This document shows, piece by piece, positions 38,524-48,537 of a stretch of DNA of 57,797 nucleotides. This DNA comes from an uncultured Gammaproteobacteria bacterium (GTDB lineage: Bacteria; Patescibacteriota; Microgenomatia; Woykebacterales; RBG-16-39-9b), in contig CAYGGA010000005.1 of assembly GCA_964349395.1 (NCBI GenBank), forward strand, positions 1-57,797. Reading direction: 5' to 3'. Each line of letters begins with the position of its first letter. The first letter of the stretch is position 1. The position numbers were made by a program, and so were the translations under genes. The notes below the pieces were generated by a model. The model saw nothing but the letters and a program-made list of their open reading frames with translations. It searched no databases and was not told the DNA's origin.

Positions 38524-39714
38524 ATGAAATTACCTGCCCACCCTTTTAAGAAAATTTCTAGTAAAGTTCTTTTCAGCGTATCTACAAGTGTATTTCTAAT
38601 TGGTACTTTCTTTTTTGGTAAAGAACTTCTCACTCTAAATAATAAAATTGCCACTTTAAATTCCGAGATTGCGCAGAAAAACTTGTATGTTGAAGAATTT
38701 CATCAGTCCAATCTTGATTTTCAAAAAATAGCTTCCCTGAGTGCGGAAAGGAAAAAACAAGGAGTGGAGGTTGCCACGGTGGAATCAGCCTTGCAAAACA
38801 CCAAGGAAGTAATTCTGTCTGGGAATTTTGCTTCAGCCTCAGCTACACTAATGTCTTTAAATAGTGCTTTAGACAGTATGCTGGCAGAGAAATTAGAAAA
38901 AGATAGACTGGCAGCTGAAACAGCCAAGAAAAAAGCAGAGGAAGAAGCTAAAAGATTGGTCGCTCTACCGAAGCCCACCCCAGTACCTACCACTACTGCC
39001 CAAACTACTTCTGATCCAACCTCTTTAGGTCAAGGTTATAGCCGCACGACAATCAATACTAAAAATGGTAATTTCACCATCTCCCTAATCAAAGTAAATT
39101 TGGCTGGTAGACAAGTCATTATGGATTCTGCCAATGACCATGACTGCGCTGACGCCTGTCCCACCAAATCTCTAGCTGATTATGTATCAGCCCATGGAGC
39201 AACTTACGGTATCAATGGCACGTATTTCTGCCCTCCAGACTACTCTAGCTGTGCGGGCAAGGTAAGTAGTTTTGACTTTCCAATTTTTAATACCAGACTT
39301 GGTAAATGGATCAACCAAGGAAACTTGTACTGGAATAACCGCGCGATGATGACTTTTCCCTCCGGCGGCGCATCTTTTTACCCAAATGCTAGCAGTGCCC
39401 CCACCGGGGGTTTTGGTGCCGCCATTGTCTCCTCCCCTGGTTTACTGCAAAATGGGCAAGACATTGTAGGCCAATACTCACTGACTTCTGCTCAGACTAC
39501 CAAAGGAACTCGAGGAGGACTAGGGATCAATGGCAGTACGTTATATATGGTAGTTGCCTCCGGAGCAAATATGTCAGATTTAGCAGCAATTTTTCTCTCC
39601 CTGGGAGCAACTAACGCTCTAAATATTGACGGGGGTGGGTCTTCGGCTCTGTGGGCAGGAGGATACCGTGTGGGTCCAGGTCGCTCTCTTCCCAATGCTC
39701 TAGTAATCCGGTAA
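38524..39714 (+). CDS. Phosphodiester glycosidase (NAGPA-like) family protein with N-terminal TM and coiled coil
   Basis: GINGTYF, 'TRGGLG', 'LGATNALNIDGGGSS', 'R.LPNAL'. Confidence 0.85.
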   Translation: MKLPAHPFKKISSKVLFSVSTSVFLIGTFFFGKELLTLNNKIATLNSEIAQKNLYVEEFHQSNLDFQKIASLSAERKKQGVEVATVESALQNTKEVILSGNFASASATLMSLNSALDSMLAEKLEKDRLAAETAKKKAEEEAKRLVALPKPTPVPTTTAQTTSDPTSLGQGYSRTTINTKNGNFTISLIKVNLAGRQVIMDSANDHDCADACPTKSLADYVSAHGATYGINGTYFCPPDYSSCAGKVSSFDFPIFNTRLGKWINQGNLYWNNRAMMTFPSGGASFYPNASSAPTGGFGAAIVSSPGLLQNGQDIVGQYSLTSAQTTKGTRGGLGINGSTLYMVVASGANMSDLAAIFLSLGATNALNIDGGGSSALWAGGYRVGPGRSLPNALVIR

Positions 39715-39726
39715 TATTAGGTTAAC

Positions 39727-39843
39727 ATGCCTGCCTACTACACAATCACCTATGGTGGTTGGTACCAAAGAACCACTCTGCACCTCTCCGAGATTTATAA
39801 TTTCTTTGTTAAGTTGGATTTAAATACACCAATTACAAACTGA
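39727..39843 (+). pseudogene. Short 38-codon ORF, possibly a truncated gene remnant
   Basis: MPAYYTITYGGWYQRTTLHLSEIYNFFVKLDLNTPITN*; fills the gap and ends at the convergent HAD gene. Confidence 0.35.
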
Positions 39844-39846
39844 CTT

Positions 39847-40563
39847 TTAAAGATCACGAAAAGAATCTTTAAAGTAACTATTAACTTCTTCTAAATTATT
39901 TACCACTAAATCAGCTTCCTTTTCTTCCTCCACAGTGTGTTTTCTAAAATCATGCCTTAGAAGAATGGTTTTCATCCCCACTCCTTTAGCTCCCAAAACA
40001 TCAAACTCCACATAATCCCCGATCATCACTGCTTCCTCTGCCCTTACTGCCAATTTAGCCAAGATGTAATTAAATGCTTTTGGATCTGGTTTATCCACCA
40101 TAGTGAGGTCTGTCCCTACCAAATAATCGACCTTCTTATCAATCCCCAAGGCAATGAGTTTTTCCGCTTGTTCTAAAAAAGGACCATTTGTCAAAATCCC
40201 AATCAATATATTTTTTGAAACTAAGTAATTGATTAATTCTTCAGCACCAGGAAGAAGGTTGATTGTTTTATACATGCTTTCCCAAGTTTGACGTCTCATC
40301 TCAATGATGGCTTTTAGATCTGGCTTTACCCCCAATAGTTCAAAGATTTTGATCCACAGAAGTGTTAAAGCAACCGGGGTCGGAATAGTGGGATCTTCAA
40401 AGACTTCACTCGCCGCCTGTCTTTCTAAGGCAACCATTTCCGAAACGGTTTTTCCTGGAAAATGAGCTAAATACTTCTTAAAAGTTCCTTCAATGGCAGG
40501 TGGGAAAACTTCATGAGAATTGCAAAGGGTGTCGTCTAAATCAAAAATTACGGCTTTAACCAT
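39847..40563 (-). CDS. HAD-superfamily hydrolase
   Basis: IFDLDDTL, LTNG, KPDP, MIGD...DVLGA..VGM. Confidence 0.9.
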   Translation of the reverse strand: MVKAVIFDLDDTLCNSHEVFPPAIEGTFKKYLAHFPGKTVSEMVALERQAASEVFEDPTIPTPVALTLLWIKIFELLGVKPDLKAIIEMRRQTWESMYKTINLLPGAEELINYLVSKNILIGILTNGPFLEQAEKLIALGIDKKVDYLVGTDLTMVDKPDPKAFNYILAKLAVRAEEAVMIGDYVEFDVLGAKGVGMKTILLRHDFRKHTVEEEKEADLVVNNLEEVNSYFKDSFRDL

Positions 40564-41498
40564 TAATTTGTCACTGCTGCTTCCAAGTCTTTTAGACTAA
40601 TACGAGATTTATTATAGAAATAACCGACCGTCAAAAAGGTTAAGACGGGCGAGACCCAGGCGGGAATGTGAAATCCAAAGCCGTCTAAAACCATGATAAC
40701 TCCCAATACCAAAATCGAGTACATGGCCCCATTTTTTAGATATTTGTATTTTTTAATTCTTTCAATATTACTGACAGTTAGTTTCCGCAAGACAATCGCC
40801 CCAAGGCCATTCCCGAGCAAAATGAGTGGGATTGAGAAAGTGAAAGCAAAAGCACCAATGACCCCATCAATTGAAAAAGTACCATCCAATACTTCTAGGT
40901 AAGCAATTTTACTCAAGTCACTCATGCCTTTATCATGCAGGAGTTTTTCCTCTTGTTTTTCAGCGTAATTCCTAAAACCATGCACGATAAAGAAAGCAGT
41001 GGAGCCAACGACAGCACCAAAAGCAACCATGGTGTCAATTTGTAATGCAAACCAAACGACAGTGGTAAGGATGACAGAGATGATCGCGAAAAACCATGCC
41101 CCTTGGGCTTGGAAAAAAGACTCTCCTTTCAAACCAAAATTCTTGGGTTCTAGAAAAAGCCAATTAAAGAAAAGGAAGATCAAAAATATTCCCCCACCCA
41201 TAAGCAAAATCGGGGCAGTATGCTCGATCGCTTCGGCCACCCTGGGATCATTGGAGAAAGTAGCCGTCAGAGCTCCCCACAGACCAATCTGCGGATTGGC
41301 TACCCAAATGATGATGAGTGGAAGCAGACCACGGACGACAAAAACTGCAAAGAAAAATCCGTAGAGTAAAAACCATCTTTGGGCCTTTTTGCTCATGCCC
41401 GAGAGTACTTCAGCATTGATAATCGCGTTATCAATACTAGTAATAACTTCAAAAAGAGACAGCCCCAAAATGGTTAGTAAGATGATTCCAAGATCCAT
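40563..41498 (-). CDS. DUF475 (TerC-like) membrane protein
   Basis: LFEVITSIDNAIINA, YLEVLDGTFSIDGVIGAFA, YKYLKNGA.Y.I. Confidence 0.85.
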   Translation of the reverse strand: MDLGIILLTILGLSLFEVITSIDNAIINAEVLSGMSKKAQRWFLLYGFFFAVFVVRGLLPLIIIWVANPQIGLWGALTATFSNDPRVAEAIEHTAPILLMGGGIFLIFLFFNWLFLEPKNFGLKGESFFQAQGAWFFAIISVILTTVVWFALQIDTMVAFGAVVGSTAFFIVHGFRNYAEKQEEKLLHDKGMSDLSKIAYLEVLDGTFSIDGVIGAFAFTFSIPLILLGNGLGAIVLRKLTVSNIERIKKYKYLKNGAMYSILVLGVIMVLDGFGFHIPAWVSPVLTFLTVGYFYNKSRISLKDLEAAVTN

Positions 41499-41524
41499 AC
41501 CGAGATAGTATATAATACGGACTA

Positions 41525-42712
41525 ATGAAGCGCAAAGCCCTAATTTTAGGTTTACTGATACTGATAGGGATCTGTATTGTTGTTTTTTTTACTCTCCAAA
41601 ACCCAAACTTTAAAGGTATAGGTCCTGCTCTTAAACCACCAGCTGGTGATATCGCCGATAGACTTGAAAATCAACTTGCAGGTGAAGACATTGATTTTCC
41701 CCTCGCTCTCCCGCCTAGTTTTAAAATCAGTCTTTTTGCTAAAGGGGTTGGCAATGCCCGAGTCCTAAAGTTTGACCCCACCGGAAATTTAGTGGTAAGT
41801 CAACCTAATTCTGGAAAAGTGGTTGCTTTGGTAGATAAAAATAAAGATGGTAAAAGTGACGAAACTAAAGTAATTGTAGAACAACTCAATCGTCCTCATG
41901 GCTTAGCTTTTAACGATGGTTATTTGTTGGTGGCAGAAACGGATAAAGTCTCCAGGTTTCACTATTCAAATCTAACCGCAACTGGTAAAGAAGTCCTTTT
42001 CAATCTTCCTGGGGGTGGGGGACATTCTAGTCGCACGATTGAATTTGGTAAGGATAACAAGCTTTATACTACGATTGGCTCCTCCTGCAACGCTTGTGTG
42101 GAAAAGGACAATTTTAGAGCTAAAATGCTCGTCTCAGAGGCAGATGGGAAAGACTTAAAGGTTTTTGCTCAAGGACTGAGAAACACTGTCTTTTTTGAAC
42201 CTCATCCACAAACTGGAGAGCTCTGGGGCACTGACATGGGTAGAGATTTGCTTGGGGACAACACTCCACCAGATGATCTAAACATCATCAAAGAAGGTCA
42301 TGACTATGGTTGGCCATATTGTTATGGACAAAAAATCCATGACAGTGATTTTGACCCTAAGAAGGAGCATTCCTGTAAGGACACCACACCCCCAGTTTTT
42401 GAATTCCCGGCTCATTCTGCCCCACTCGGGTTAGCATTTATTAATTCAAAAAACTTTAACCCCGACTGGGAAGGTGATTTATTGGTCTCTTTTCACGGAT
42501 CGTGGAACCGCTCCGTACCAACGGGTTATAAAATTGTTCATTTGAAAGTGGAGAACAATACAATTACTCAAAGCCAAGATTTTATCAGTGGTTGGTTAGA
42601 GGGAGATTCTTCACTGGGTAGACCGGTAGACTTAGTTTTTGACAGTGAGGGACGTCTTTTTATCAGTGATGATAAGGCAGGGGTGGTTTATTTAGTAACC
42701 TCCAACCCTTGA
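41525..42712 (+). CDS. PQQ-dependent sugar/sorbosone dehydrogenase family beta-propeller
   Basis: LNRPHG, GSSCNAC.E, GLRN, DMGRDLLG, YGWPYCYG, AHSAPLG, HGSWNRS, GRPVD. Confidence 0.9.
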   Translation: MKRKALILGLLILIGICIVVFFTLQNPNFKGIGPALKPPAGDIADRLENQLAGEDIDFPLALPPSFKISLFAKGVGNARVLKFDPTGNLVVSQPNSGKVVALVDKNKDGKSDETKVIVEQLNRPHGLAFNDGYLLVAETDKVSRFHYSNLTATGKEVLFNLPGGGGHSSRTIEFGKDNKLYTTIGSSCNACVEKDNFRAKMLVSEADGKDLKVFAQGLRNTVFFEPHPQTGELWGTDMGRDLLGDNTPPDDLNIIKEGHDYGWPYCYGQKIHDSDFDPKKEHSCKDTTPPVFEFPAHSAPLGLAFINSKNFNPDWEGDLLVSFHGSWNRSVPTGYKIVHLKVENNTITQSQDFISGWLEGDSSLGRPVDLVFDSEGRLFISDDKAGVVYLVTSNP

Positions 42713-42735
42713 CAGGTTTTTAAACCAAGAGAATA

Positions 42736-43242
42736 ATGAAGGTAATGCCGCACCTTTCTGATTTCAATAAATTTTCTGATTATTCTCTTTACAAATACAA
42801 AGACATTTTTCCAGACTTTGATAAAACTGCCAACAAACTGGCCTGGTTTTTAGGAAGTAATACTTCCATTCTTCTGCATACGGTTATCTTTCAATCTTTT
42901 CTGATTTTGATAATTCTGGGTTTTGATATTGACACAGTTATGCTGGTCTTGACCACCATTGTGTCCCTGGAAGCAATTTACCTCTCCATCTTTATCCAAA
43001 GAACTACCAATAAACAAACAGAGAAATTGGAGAGATTTGTCAGAGAAATTCGGTACAATACTGTGACTCATCTGGAAGAACCACTAGATAAAGTGATTAA
43101 AGATATGAGGGAGGTAATAGAGCAAACTCACACCATGGTCCAGCAGACCCACAGTGTACTTCAGCATCCCAAATCTAAATCATCTTCAAACCGCTTTTTT
43201 AAGAAGAACTCAAAAGTTTTAACTCCAAAAACTAAAATTTAA
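42736..43242 (+). CDS. DUF1003-like small membrane protein
   Basis: 'LGS..SILLHT...LVLTTIVSLEAIYLSIFIQ' followed by a coiled coil. Confidence 0.7.
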   Translation: MKVMPHLSDFNKFSDYSLYKYKDIFPDFDKTANKLAWFLGSNTSILLHTVIFQSFLILIILGFDIDTVMLVLTTIVSLEAIYLSIFIQRTTNKQTEKLERFVREIRYNTVTHLEEPLDKVIKDMREVIEQTHTMVQQTHSVLQHPKSKSSSNRFFKKNSKVLTPKTKI

Positions 43243-44270
43243 TTTAGAAGTCTACCTAAGGGGTTAAAAGGCTTACCATTTTGCGAGGTGGCCAAATGCA
43301 AATGAGGACCAGTGGTAAGGCCGCTTGTGCCCACGGCCCCGATTACAGTGCTAGTGATTACGCTCTGACCAACCACAACATTCATCGAGCTTAAGTGGGC
43401 ATAAACACTAGTCAAACCGCCGCTGTGTTGGATAGTAACATGTTTACCTAATCCATAAGTCAGAGACGTCACCCCAACTACTACCCCATCCTGTATTGGA
43501 TAGACACCGGTTCCAGATTTGGCCGCAATATCAATCGCAGGGTGATAGGAACTAAATGTTTGGGAAAGTACTCCCACTACTGGCCAACGAGAGGCTCCAC
43601 TCATTACGACTGGTTGCGCCGCTGGGACAATCTGTTTAGGAGTTTTGGGTGCAGAGGCAGTTTTTACCACTGGCTTTATAGCAGCCGGGGGTGCAGGGTC
43701 AACTTTTTCTGGTTCTTTTTCCTCAATAGGTGCATTAGCGATTTCTGGAGGAAGAGTAGGATCCAAATTAATAGTAGATGGGAAGAGTACATTATTGGGA
43801 CTAGAAATCATCGGGTCAATACTATCTTGGATAGTTTCGGCAATTAACTGAGTCGATATTTGAGTAACTTCCGGTTCGGCCGCTGAGGCTAGAGCGGGGG
43901 TTGGGAAAGTAATTTTAGGTAAATTCACTTTTGGAACTGAAAGTAAGGCATTCAAACTAAAAGGAGCGGTACTAAAAAGATTTTCCGAGCGTTCCGCAAT
44001 ATTATGAGTAACAAAAGAAAGAGATTTTTCAATCGGTATTACACCTGAGTGATAGAGAGCTGTGAGAGTTTTGGAGGCAGCCGTAGCCGCCATAGTGCCT
44101 GGGTATAAATAAATTGGGCTTAAGAGCGCAATCGTCAAACACAGTAGTGATCCCACCAAAAAGTATACCGAAGAGCTTAGTCGGATAATTAGGGGGAGAG
44201 GGCGAGAGACGGGACTTGTTTTTTGTCGACTGGGTCTTTGAGTCGACAAAGTACTTGTAAGTTTACTCAT
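43239..44270 (-). CDS. M23 metallopeptidase with a long N-terminal Pro-rich region
   Basis: WPV.G, HPAID (HxxxD), YAHL, GTSGLTTGPHLH, NP. Confidence 0.88.
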   Translation of the reverse strand: MSKLTSTLSTQRPSRQKTSPVSRPLPLIIRLSSSVYFLVGSLLCLTIALLSPIYLYPGTMAATAASKTLTALYHSGVIPIEKSLSFVTHNIAERSENLFSTAPFSLNALLSVPKVNLPKITFPTPALASAAEPEVTQISTQLIAETIQDSIDPMISSPNNVLFPSTINLDPTLPPEIANAPIEEKEPEKVDPAPPAAIKPVVKTASAPKTPKQIVPAAQPVVMSGASRWPVVGVLSQTFSSYHPAIDIAAKSGTGVYPIQDGVVVGVTSLTYGLGKHVTIQHSGGLTSVYAHLSSMNVVVGQSVITSTVIGAVGTSGLTTGPHLHLATSQNGKPFNPLGRLLN

Positions 44271-44408
44271 CAGTTGGGCAAGAAGGGCGAGGAGAACGGA
44301 TAGTATTCATTTTGATATAGGCAGTCAAGCTTTTCAAGAACCAAGCGCTCGTCATATTCAACTCCTTTTTAATGACTAAGGCTTATTTTCAAGGTATACT
44401 TAGACTTA

Positions 44409-45524
44409 ATGGACGAACTTAAAGCACAACTAAATCACTTGAAAACCCGACTAGATAATCTAGCGGGAAAGATTGATTTGGAGAAAAAAAGGCAGGAGGT
44501 CAGAGAACTTGAGTCTCAATCTTTAAAAAGCGATTTTTGGTCTGATGTCTTAAGTGCTCAACGCATTATGCAAAGTCTAAGTACCAACAAGCAACTAGTT
44601 TACAACATTGAAAACCTAATGTCTAGTATCCAAAACAGCTTTGAAATCGCTGATCTGGTGACAGGTGAACAGCCCACTGGAGGAGAACTCGAGGATAATC
44701 AAAAACTCAGAGAAGATCTAAAAACAGAAGTGGCTAGGATCTCAGAAGATTTGGAGAAATTAGAATTTAATCTTTTCTTAGCTGGCAAATATGACCCTAG
44801 TGACGCAATCCTCACTCTCCACGCTGGTCAAGGCGGAACTGAAGCTATGGATTGGGTATCGATGCTTTTAAGAATGTACTTAAGGTTTTCTGAAAATCAA
44901 AAATGGAAAGCAGAAATTTTGGATGAAAGCCCGGGGGAAGAAGCTGGTTTTAAATCAGTTACTATTGAGATCAAAGGGTTCCAAGCCTACGGTTATCTAA
45001 AAAAAGAAGCGGGCACTCACCGCCTAGTAAGGCAGTCCCCTTTTAACGCTGATAAACTCAGACAAACTTCTTTTGCTTTAGTGGAAGTCTTACCCGTGAT
45101 TGCCGAAGTAGGGGAGATAAATATTCCTCCAGAAGAGATCGAAATGGACGCATTCCGCTCCTCCGGTGCTGGTGGTCAAAATGTAAATAAAGTCTCTTCT
45201 GCTGTCAGACTAACCCATGTTCCTACCGGAATAACTGTAAGTGTCCAAAATGAAAGAAGCCAACTGCAAAACAAAGAGACAGCTCTGAAGATTTTGAAAG
45301 GTAAACTTTTTCAATTTGAAGAACTAAAAAGAGCTGGCGAAATAAAGGGTATAAAAGGAGATTACAAACCAGCTAGTTGGGGCAATCAGATCAGGTCTTA
45401 CGTCTTGCATCCCTACAAAATGGTCAAAGATTTGAGAACCAACTTTGAAACCACCCAAGCAGAAAGCGTCTTGGATGGAAATCTGCTTGATTTTATTGAA
45501 GCTGAAATCCGCCAGTTAAACTAG
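44409..45524 (+). CDS. prfB: Peptide chain release factor 2 (no programmed frameshift)
   Basis: GGTEAMDW, HRLVRQSPF, GAGGQNVNK, WGNQIRSYV; a single continuous ORF. Confidence 0.97.
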   Translation: MDELKAQLNHLKTRLDNLAGKIDLEKKRQEVRELESQSLKSDFWSDVLSAQRIMQSLSTNKQLVYNIENLMSSIQNSFEIADLVTGEQPTGGELEDNQKLREDLKTEVARISEDLEKLEFNLFLAGKYDPSDAILTLHAGQGGTEAMDWVSMLLRMYLRFSENQKWKAEILDESPGEEAGFKSVTIEIKGFQAYGYLKKEAGTHRLVRQSPFNADKLRQTSFALVEVLPVIAEVGEINIPPEEIEMDAFRSSGAGGQNVNKVSSAVRLTHVPTGITVSVQNERSQLQNKETALKILKGKLFQFEELKRAGEIKGIKGDYKPASWGNQIRSYVLHPYKMVKDLRTNFETTQAESVLDGNLLDFIEAEIRQLN

Positions 45525-45596
45525 CTTCCCTACCTGTTGTCCAAAAGATTGGCTGTGATATAATGGACTCTCGACTGAGGGTATTTGTGCTGTCCT

Positions 45597-46280
45597 ATGA
45601 TTTCATTTCAAAAAGTTAGCAAAAAATATACCAATGGTACTCACGCTCTAGAGGATGTGGATCTTCATATTGAAGATAATGAATTTATTTTCCTCACGGG
45701 TGCAAGTGGAGCCGGTAAATCCACTATGCTGAAGCTTTTGATCCGAGATGAAATCCCTACTGGTGGCCAGATCTTTGTGGATGACTGGGAAGTAACCAGT
45801 ATTCCCAAAAGCAATATTCCTCACCTTCGCCGCCGTATTGGCACTATTTTCCAAGATTTTAAACTTCTTCCCAAAAAAACTGTTTTTGAAAATGTTGCTT
45901 TTGCCTTGGAAATTTTGGGTCCTGACCAGAGCACTGTGGAAAAAGAGACTCTCGAAACTTTAGACTTGTTTGGTTTAGGTCCTAAAAAAGATCTTTTTCC
46001 TTGGCAGCTCTCTGGAGGAGAGGCACAAAGGACAGCCATTGCTAGAGCGTTTGTCCAAAAACCAGAGATTATTCTCGCTGATGAACCGACTGGTAATCTC
46101 GATCCCAAAGCTGCCTGGGAAGTGATGAAAGAGCTAGCTAAATTAAATGAATTGGGAGCCACCGTCCTGATGGCTACTCACAATGTGGAATTTATCAAAA
46201 ACTTAGGGCACCGGGTGGTCTCTCTGGAAGATGGGCGCTTAACTAGCGACAGTAAAAAGAAGGAAAAGACTGAAAACTAA
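45597..46280 (+). CDS. ftsE: Cell division ATP-binding protein FtsE
   Basis: GASGAGKST, LRRRIG.IFQDFKLL, LSGGE, ADEPTGNLD; upstream of ftsX. Confidence 0.93.
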   Translation: MISFQKVSKKYTNGTHALEDVDLHIEDNEFIFLTGASGAGKSTMLKLLIRDEIPTGGQIFVDDWEVTSIPKSNIPHLRRRIGTIFQDFKLLPKKTVFENVAFALEILGPDQSTVEKETLETLDLFGLGPKKDLFPWQLSGGEAQRTAIARAFVQKPEIILADEPTGNLDPKAAWEVMKELAKLNELGATVLMATHNVEFIKNLGHRVVSLEDGRLTSDSKKKEKTEN

Positions 46281-46282
46281 TC

Positions 46283-47170
46283 ATGAATACTTTTAATAGA
46301 CTCATTCAAACTACTATTCATCGCATCTGGCGCAGTCCTCACCAAGCCTTAGGAGCCATTTTTGTAATGCTTTTGACTTTTTTTGTGGGGAATATTATTG
46401 TGGTTATTACCCTCGCCTCACAATCCACTCTAGCCTACTTTGAAACTCAGCCCAATGTAATTGCTTTCCTGCGCGATGAGGCCACTGACCACCAAGTCGA
46501 AGAATTAAAAAGTCTGCTTAACTCCACTGGAGCGGTCAAAGAGATTAAATATGTCTCTAAGGAAGAGGCCTTAAAAGATTTTCAAAGCAGCCCAGAGGTC
46601 AGAGACAAACCAATACTACAAGAAAATGTGACCGCGGCGATCCTGCCAGCTTCACTCCGAGTCTCGGCGACGGATTTAACTAAATTAGATGTTTTCAAAG
46701 ATATCCTGTCCAAAGAAAGGGTGGTGGAATCAGTCTCCTATCAGCCAGATGTGATAAAAAAACTAGGTTACTGGTCAGAGATTATCAGAACTTATGGAGG
46801 TGGGATCATCATCTTCTTACTACTTACTAGTACTATTATTACTCTGGTGGTGATTTCACTAAATATCTCTACTTATAAAGATGAGATTGAGATCATGAGG
46901 CTAGTAGGAGCGACTTCTTGGTACATCCGCATCCCTTTTATTCTGGAAGGAATTTTCTACGGAGTGGTGGCAGCAGTTTTTTCCACGCTTATTTTCTCAC
47001 TTCTAGTATTATACTTTACTCCGGCATTACAAGGTTTCTTTCAAAATATCCCCGCGTTTCCCTTGCCAATTAGCACTTACTTTATTTTACTAGGAGGGGA
47101 GATGCTGATTGGGATTGCCATTGGTACCACAGCTGCCTTAGCGGCCACTAGAAAATATCTAAAAGTATGA
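46283..47170 (+). CDS. ftsX: Cell division permease-like protein FtsX
   Basis: [33 protein letters not shown]. Confidence 0.92.
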   Translation: MNTFNRLIQTTIHRIWRSPHQALGAIFVMLLTFFVGNIIVVITLASQSTLAYFETQPNVIAFLRDEATDHQVEELKSLLNSTGAVKEIKYVSKEEALKDFQSSPEVRDKPILQENVTAAILPASLRVSATDLTKLDVFKDILSKERVVESVSYQPDVIKKLGYWSEIIRTYGGGIIIFLLLTSTIITLVVISLNISTYKDEIEIMRLVGATSWYIRIPFILEGIFYGVVAAVFSTLIFSLLVLYFTPALQGFFQNIPAFPLPISTYFILLGGEMLIGIAIGTTAALAATRKYLKV

Positions 47171-48330
47171 TGACTGCAAGAGCACACTTTTTCAGAAAAA
47201 CTCTATTACTAATACTTCTTCCCCTCTGTCTTTTAGTTCTGTCCCCAACCTGGGTGAGTAGTGAAGACTATTCTGAATATTCCAAACAACTGCTGGAAAA
47301 CATTAAACAGCAAGCGGAACTTCAGGATAAAATCAACGCCGCTATCAGCCAAGAAAGAGATTTGGCCGCGCAAATCTCTTTTATGGACAACCAAATCAAA
47401 CTTACCGAGCTAAAAATCGTCGAGACTGATACCAATATAAAAAAACTAGCGATTGATATCGACAATATGGTCAATCGCCTTGGAAAACTCCAAGTGATCG
47501 TGGACAATCTGACCCAAGTCTCCAATTCCCGATTGCGTTTGATGTACCAACAGAGTTTTACCAACCAGTTTTCTGAGCTTCTACTTAGCGCGAATGGTCT
47601 GGATGACTGGATCCGAAAATCAGAGTATTTATCCCAAATCAGAAAAAACGATCTCCAAGTCTTACAACAGCTAAGCCTCACTAAAACAAATTATAGTGAT
47701 CAAAAAACTGTCCTTGATGGTAAAAAGAAAGAGCAAGAAAACCTAAAAAATAAAAGTATTGCTCAAAAGGCTTCACTGGGTGATCAAAAAAAGCAAAAAG
47801 ACTCACTTCTCAAAGAGACTAAAAATAATGAAGCTAATTTTCGTTCTCTCCTAGCTAGATTGCAAGCTGATGCGGATAGTATTCGCCGCGCTTTAGGCAA
47901 TTTGGGGGCCGCGATTGGGCCCGTGAAAAAAGGGCAGGTCATCGCTCTTGAAGGAAATACCGGCTGCTCCACTGGTCCTCACTTGCATTTTGAGGTCTAC
48001 GAAAATGCCTCGGTGGTCAAAGGTCGTGTCCAAGGAACTAGAGTTAGTCCTAGAAGTTATATTGACACGGGACGCATGGGTGTTCCTTACCAAGGGTATC
48101 CCAATGTGTATGTCACCACGGAATTTGGCGAGGTTTATTTTCTCGGAACCCATACTGGACTAGATATTGCAGATGATACCCAACAAGGAACACCGATTTT
48201 GGCAACTGAAGATGGTATTGCCTACCCAGCGTCAGATTCCAAAGCTTGTTCGTTGACAGGGACAGTGGGCAAAGGTATTGTTATTGATCATCAGAACGGT
48301 ACCGTTACTCTTTATTGGCACATACAATAG
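47167..48330 (+). CDS. Coiled-coil plus circularly permuted M23 peptidase (FtsEX-associated, EnvC-like architecture)
   Basis: Signal peptide and long coiled coil, then [15 protein letters not shown] located before HTGLDIA...IDH.NG..TLYWH. Confidence 0.85.
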   Translation: MMTARAHFFRKTLLLILLPLCLLVLSPTWVSSEDYSEYSKQLLENIKQQAELQDKINAAISQERDLAAQISFMDNQIKLTELKIVETDTNIKKLAIDIDNMVNRLGKLQVIVDNLTQVSNSRLRLMYQQSFTNQFSELLLSANGLDDWIRKSEYLSQIRKNDLQVLQQLSLTKTNYSDQKTVLDGKKKEQENLKNKSIAQKASLGDQKKQKDSLLKETKNNEANFRSLLARLQADADSIRRALGNLGAAIGPVKKGQVIALEGNTGCSTGPHLHFEVYENASVVKGRVQGTRVSPRSYIDTGRMGVPYQGYPNVYVTTEFGEVYFLGTHTGLDIADDTQQGTPILATEDGIAYPASDSKACSLTGTVGKGIVIDHQNGTVTLYWHIQ

Positions 48331-48397
48331 TTAAAAGTTCAAAGTTAAAAGTGCAAAGCTGTGATAACTTTTAATTTTAAACTAAAAACTATAAACT
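48330..48397. repeat. 7-bp-period palindromic intergenic element
   Basis: GTTAAAA-GTTCAAA-GTTAAAA-GTGCAAA ... ACTTTTA-ATTTTAA-ACTAAAA-ACTATAA-ACT. Confidence 0.6.
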
Positions 48398-48415
48398 AAT
48401 TGTGGAGGGCACTAA

Positions 48416-48532
48416 ATGGAGGGCATCCTGCACCAGACATGGGTTCCGCCAATCGCGGGATTCATTGCTTTTAGCCTGATTTTCTGGCTAAGCTACATCG
48501 TTCGAGCTGTCAAAAGCTCACAGAAAGACTAA
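48416..48532 (+). CDS. Small single-TM protein (38 aa), below the ORF-track cutoff
   Basis: GGAGG SD; MEGILHQTWVPPIAGFIAFSLIFWLSYIVRAVKSSQKD*; stops 5 nt before the next start codon. Confidence 0.6.
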   Translation: MEGILHQTWVPPIAGFIAFSLIFWLSYIVRAVKSSQKD

Positions 48533-48537
48533 TTTAT

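Noticed and set aside
44409..44500. prfB programmed +1 frameshift
   Set aside because: No CTT-TGA site; the ORF is continuous.
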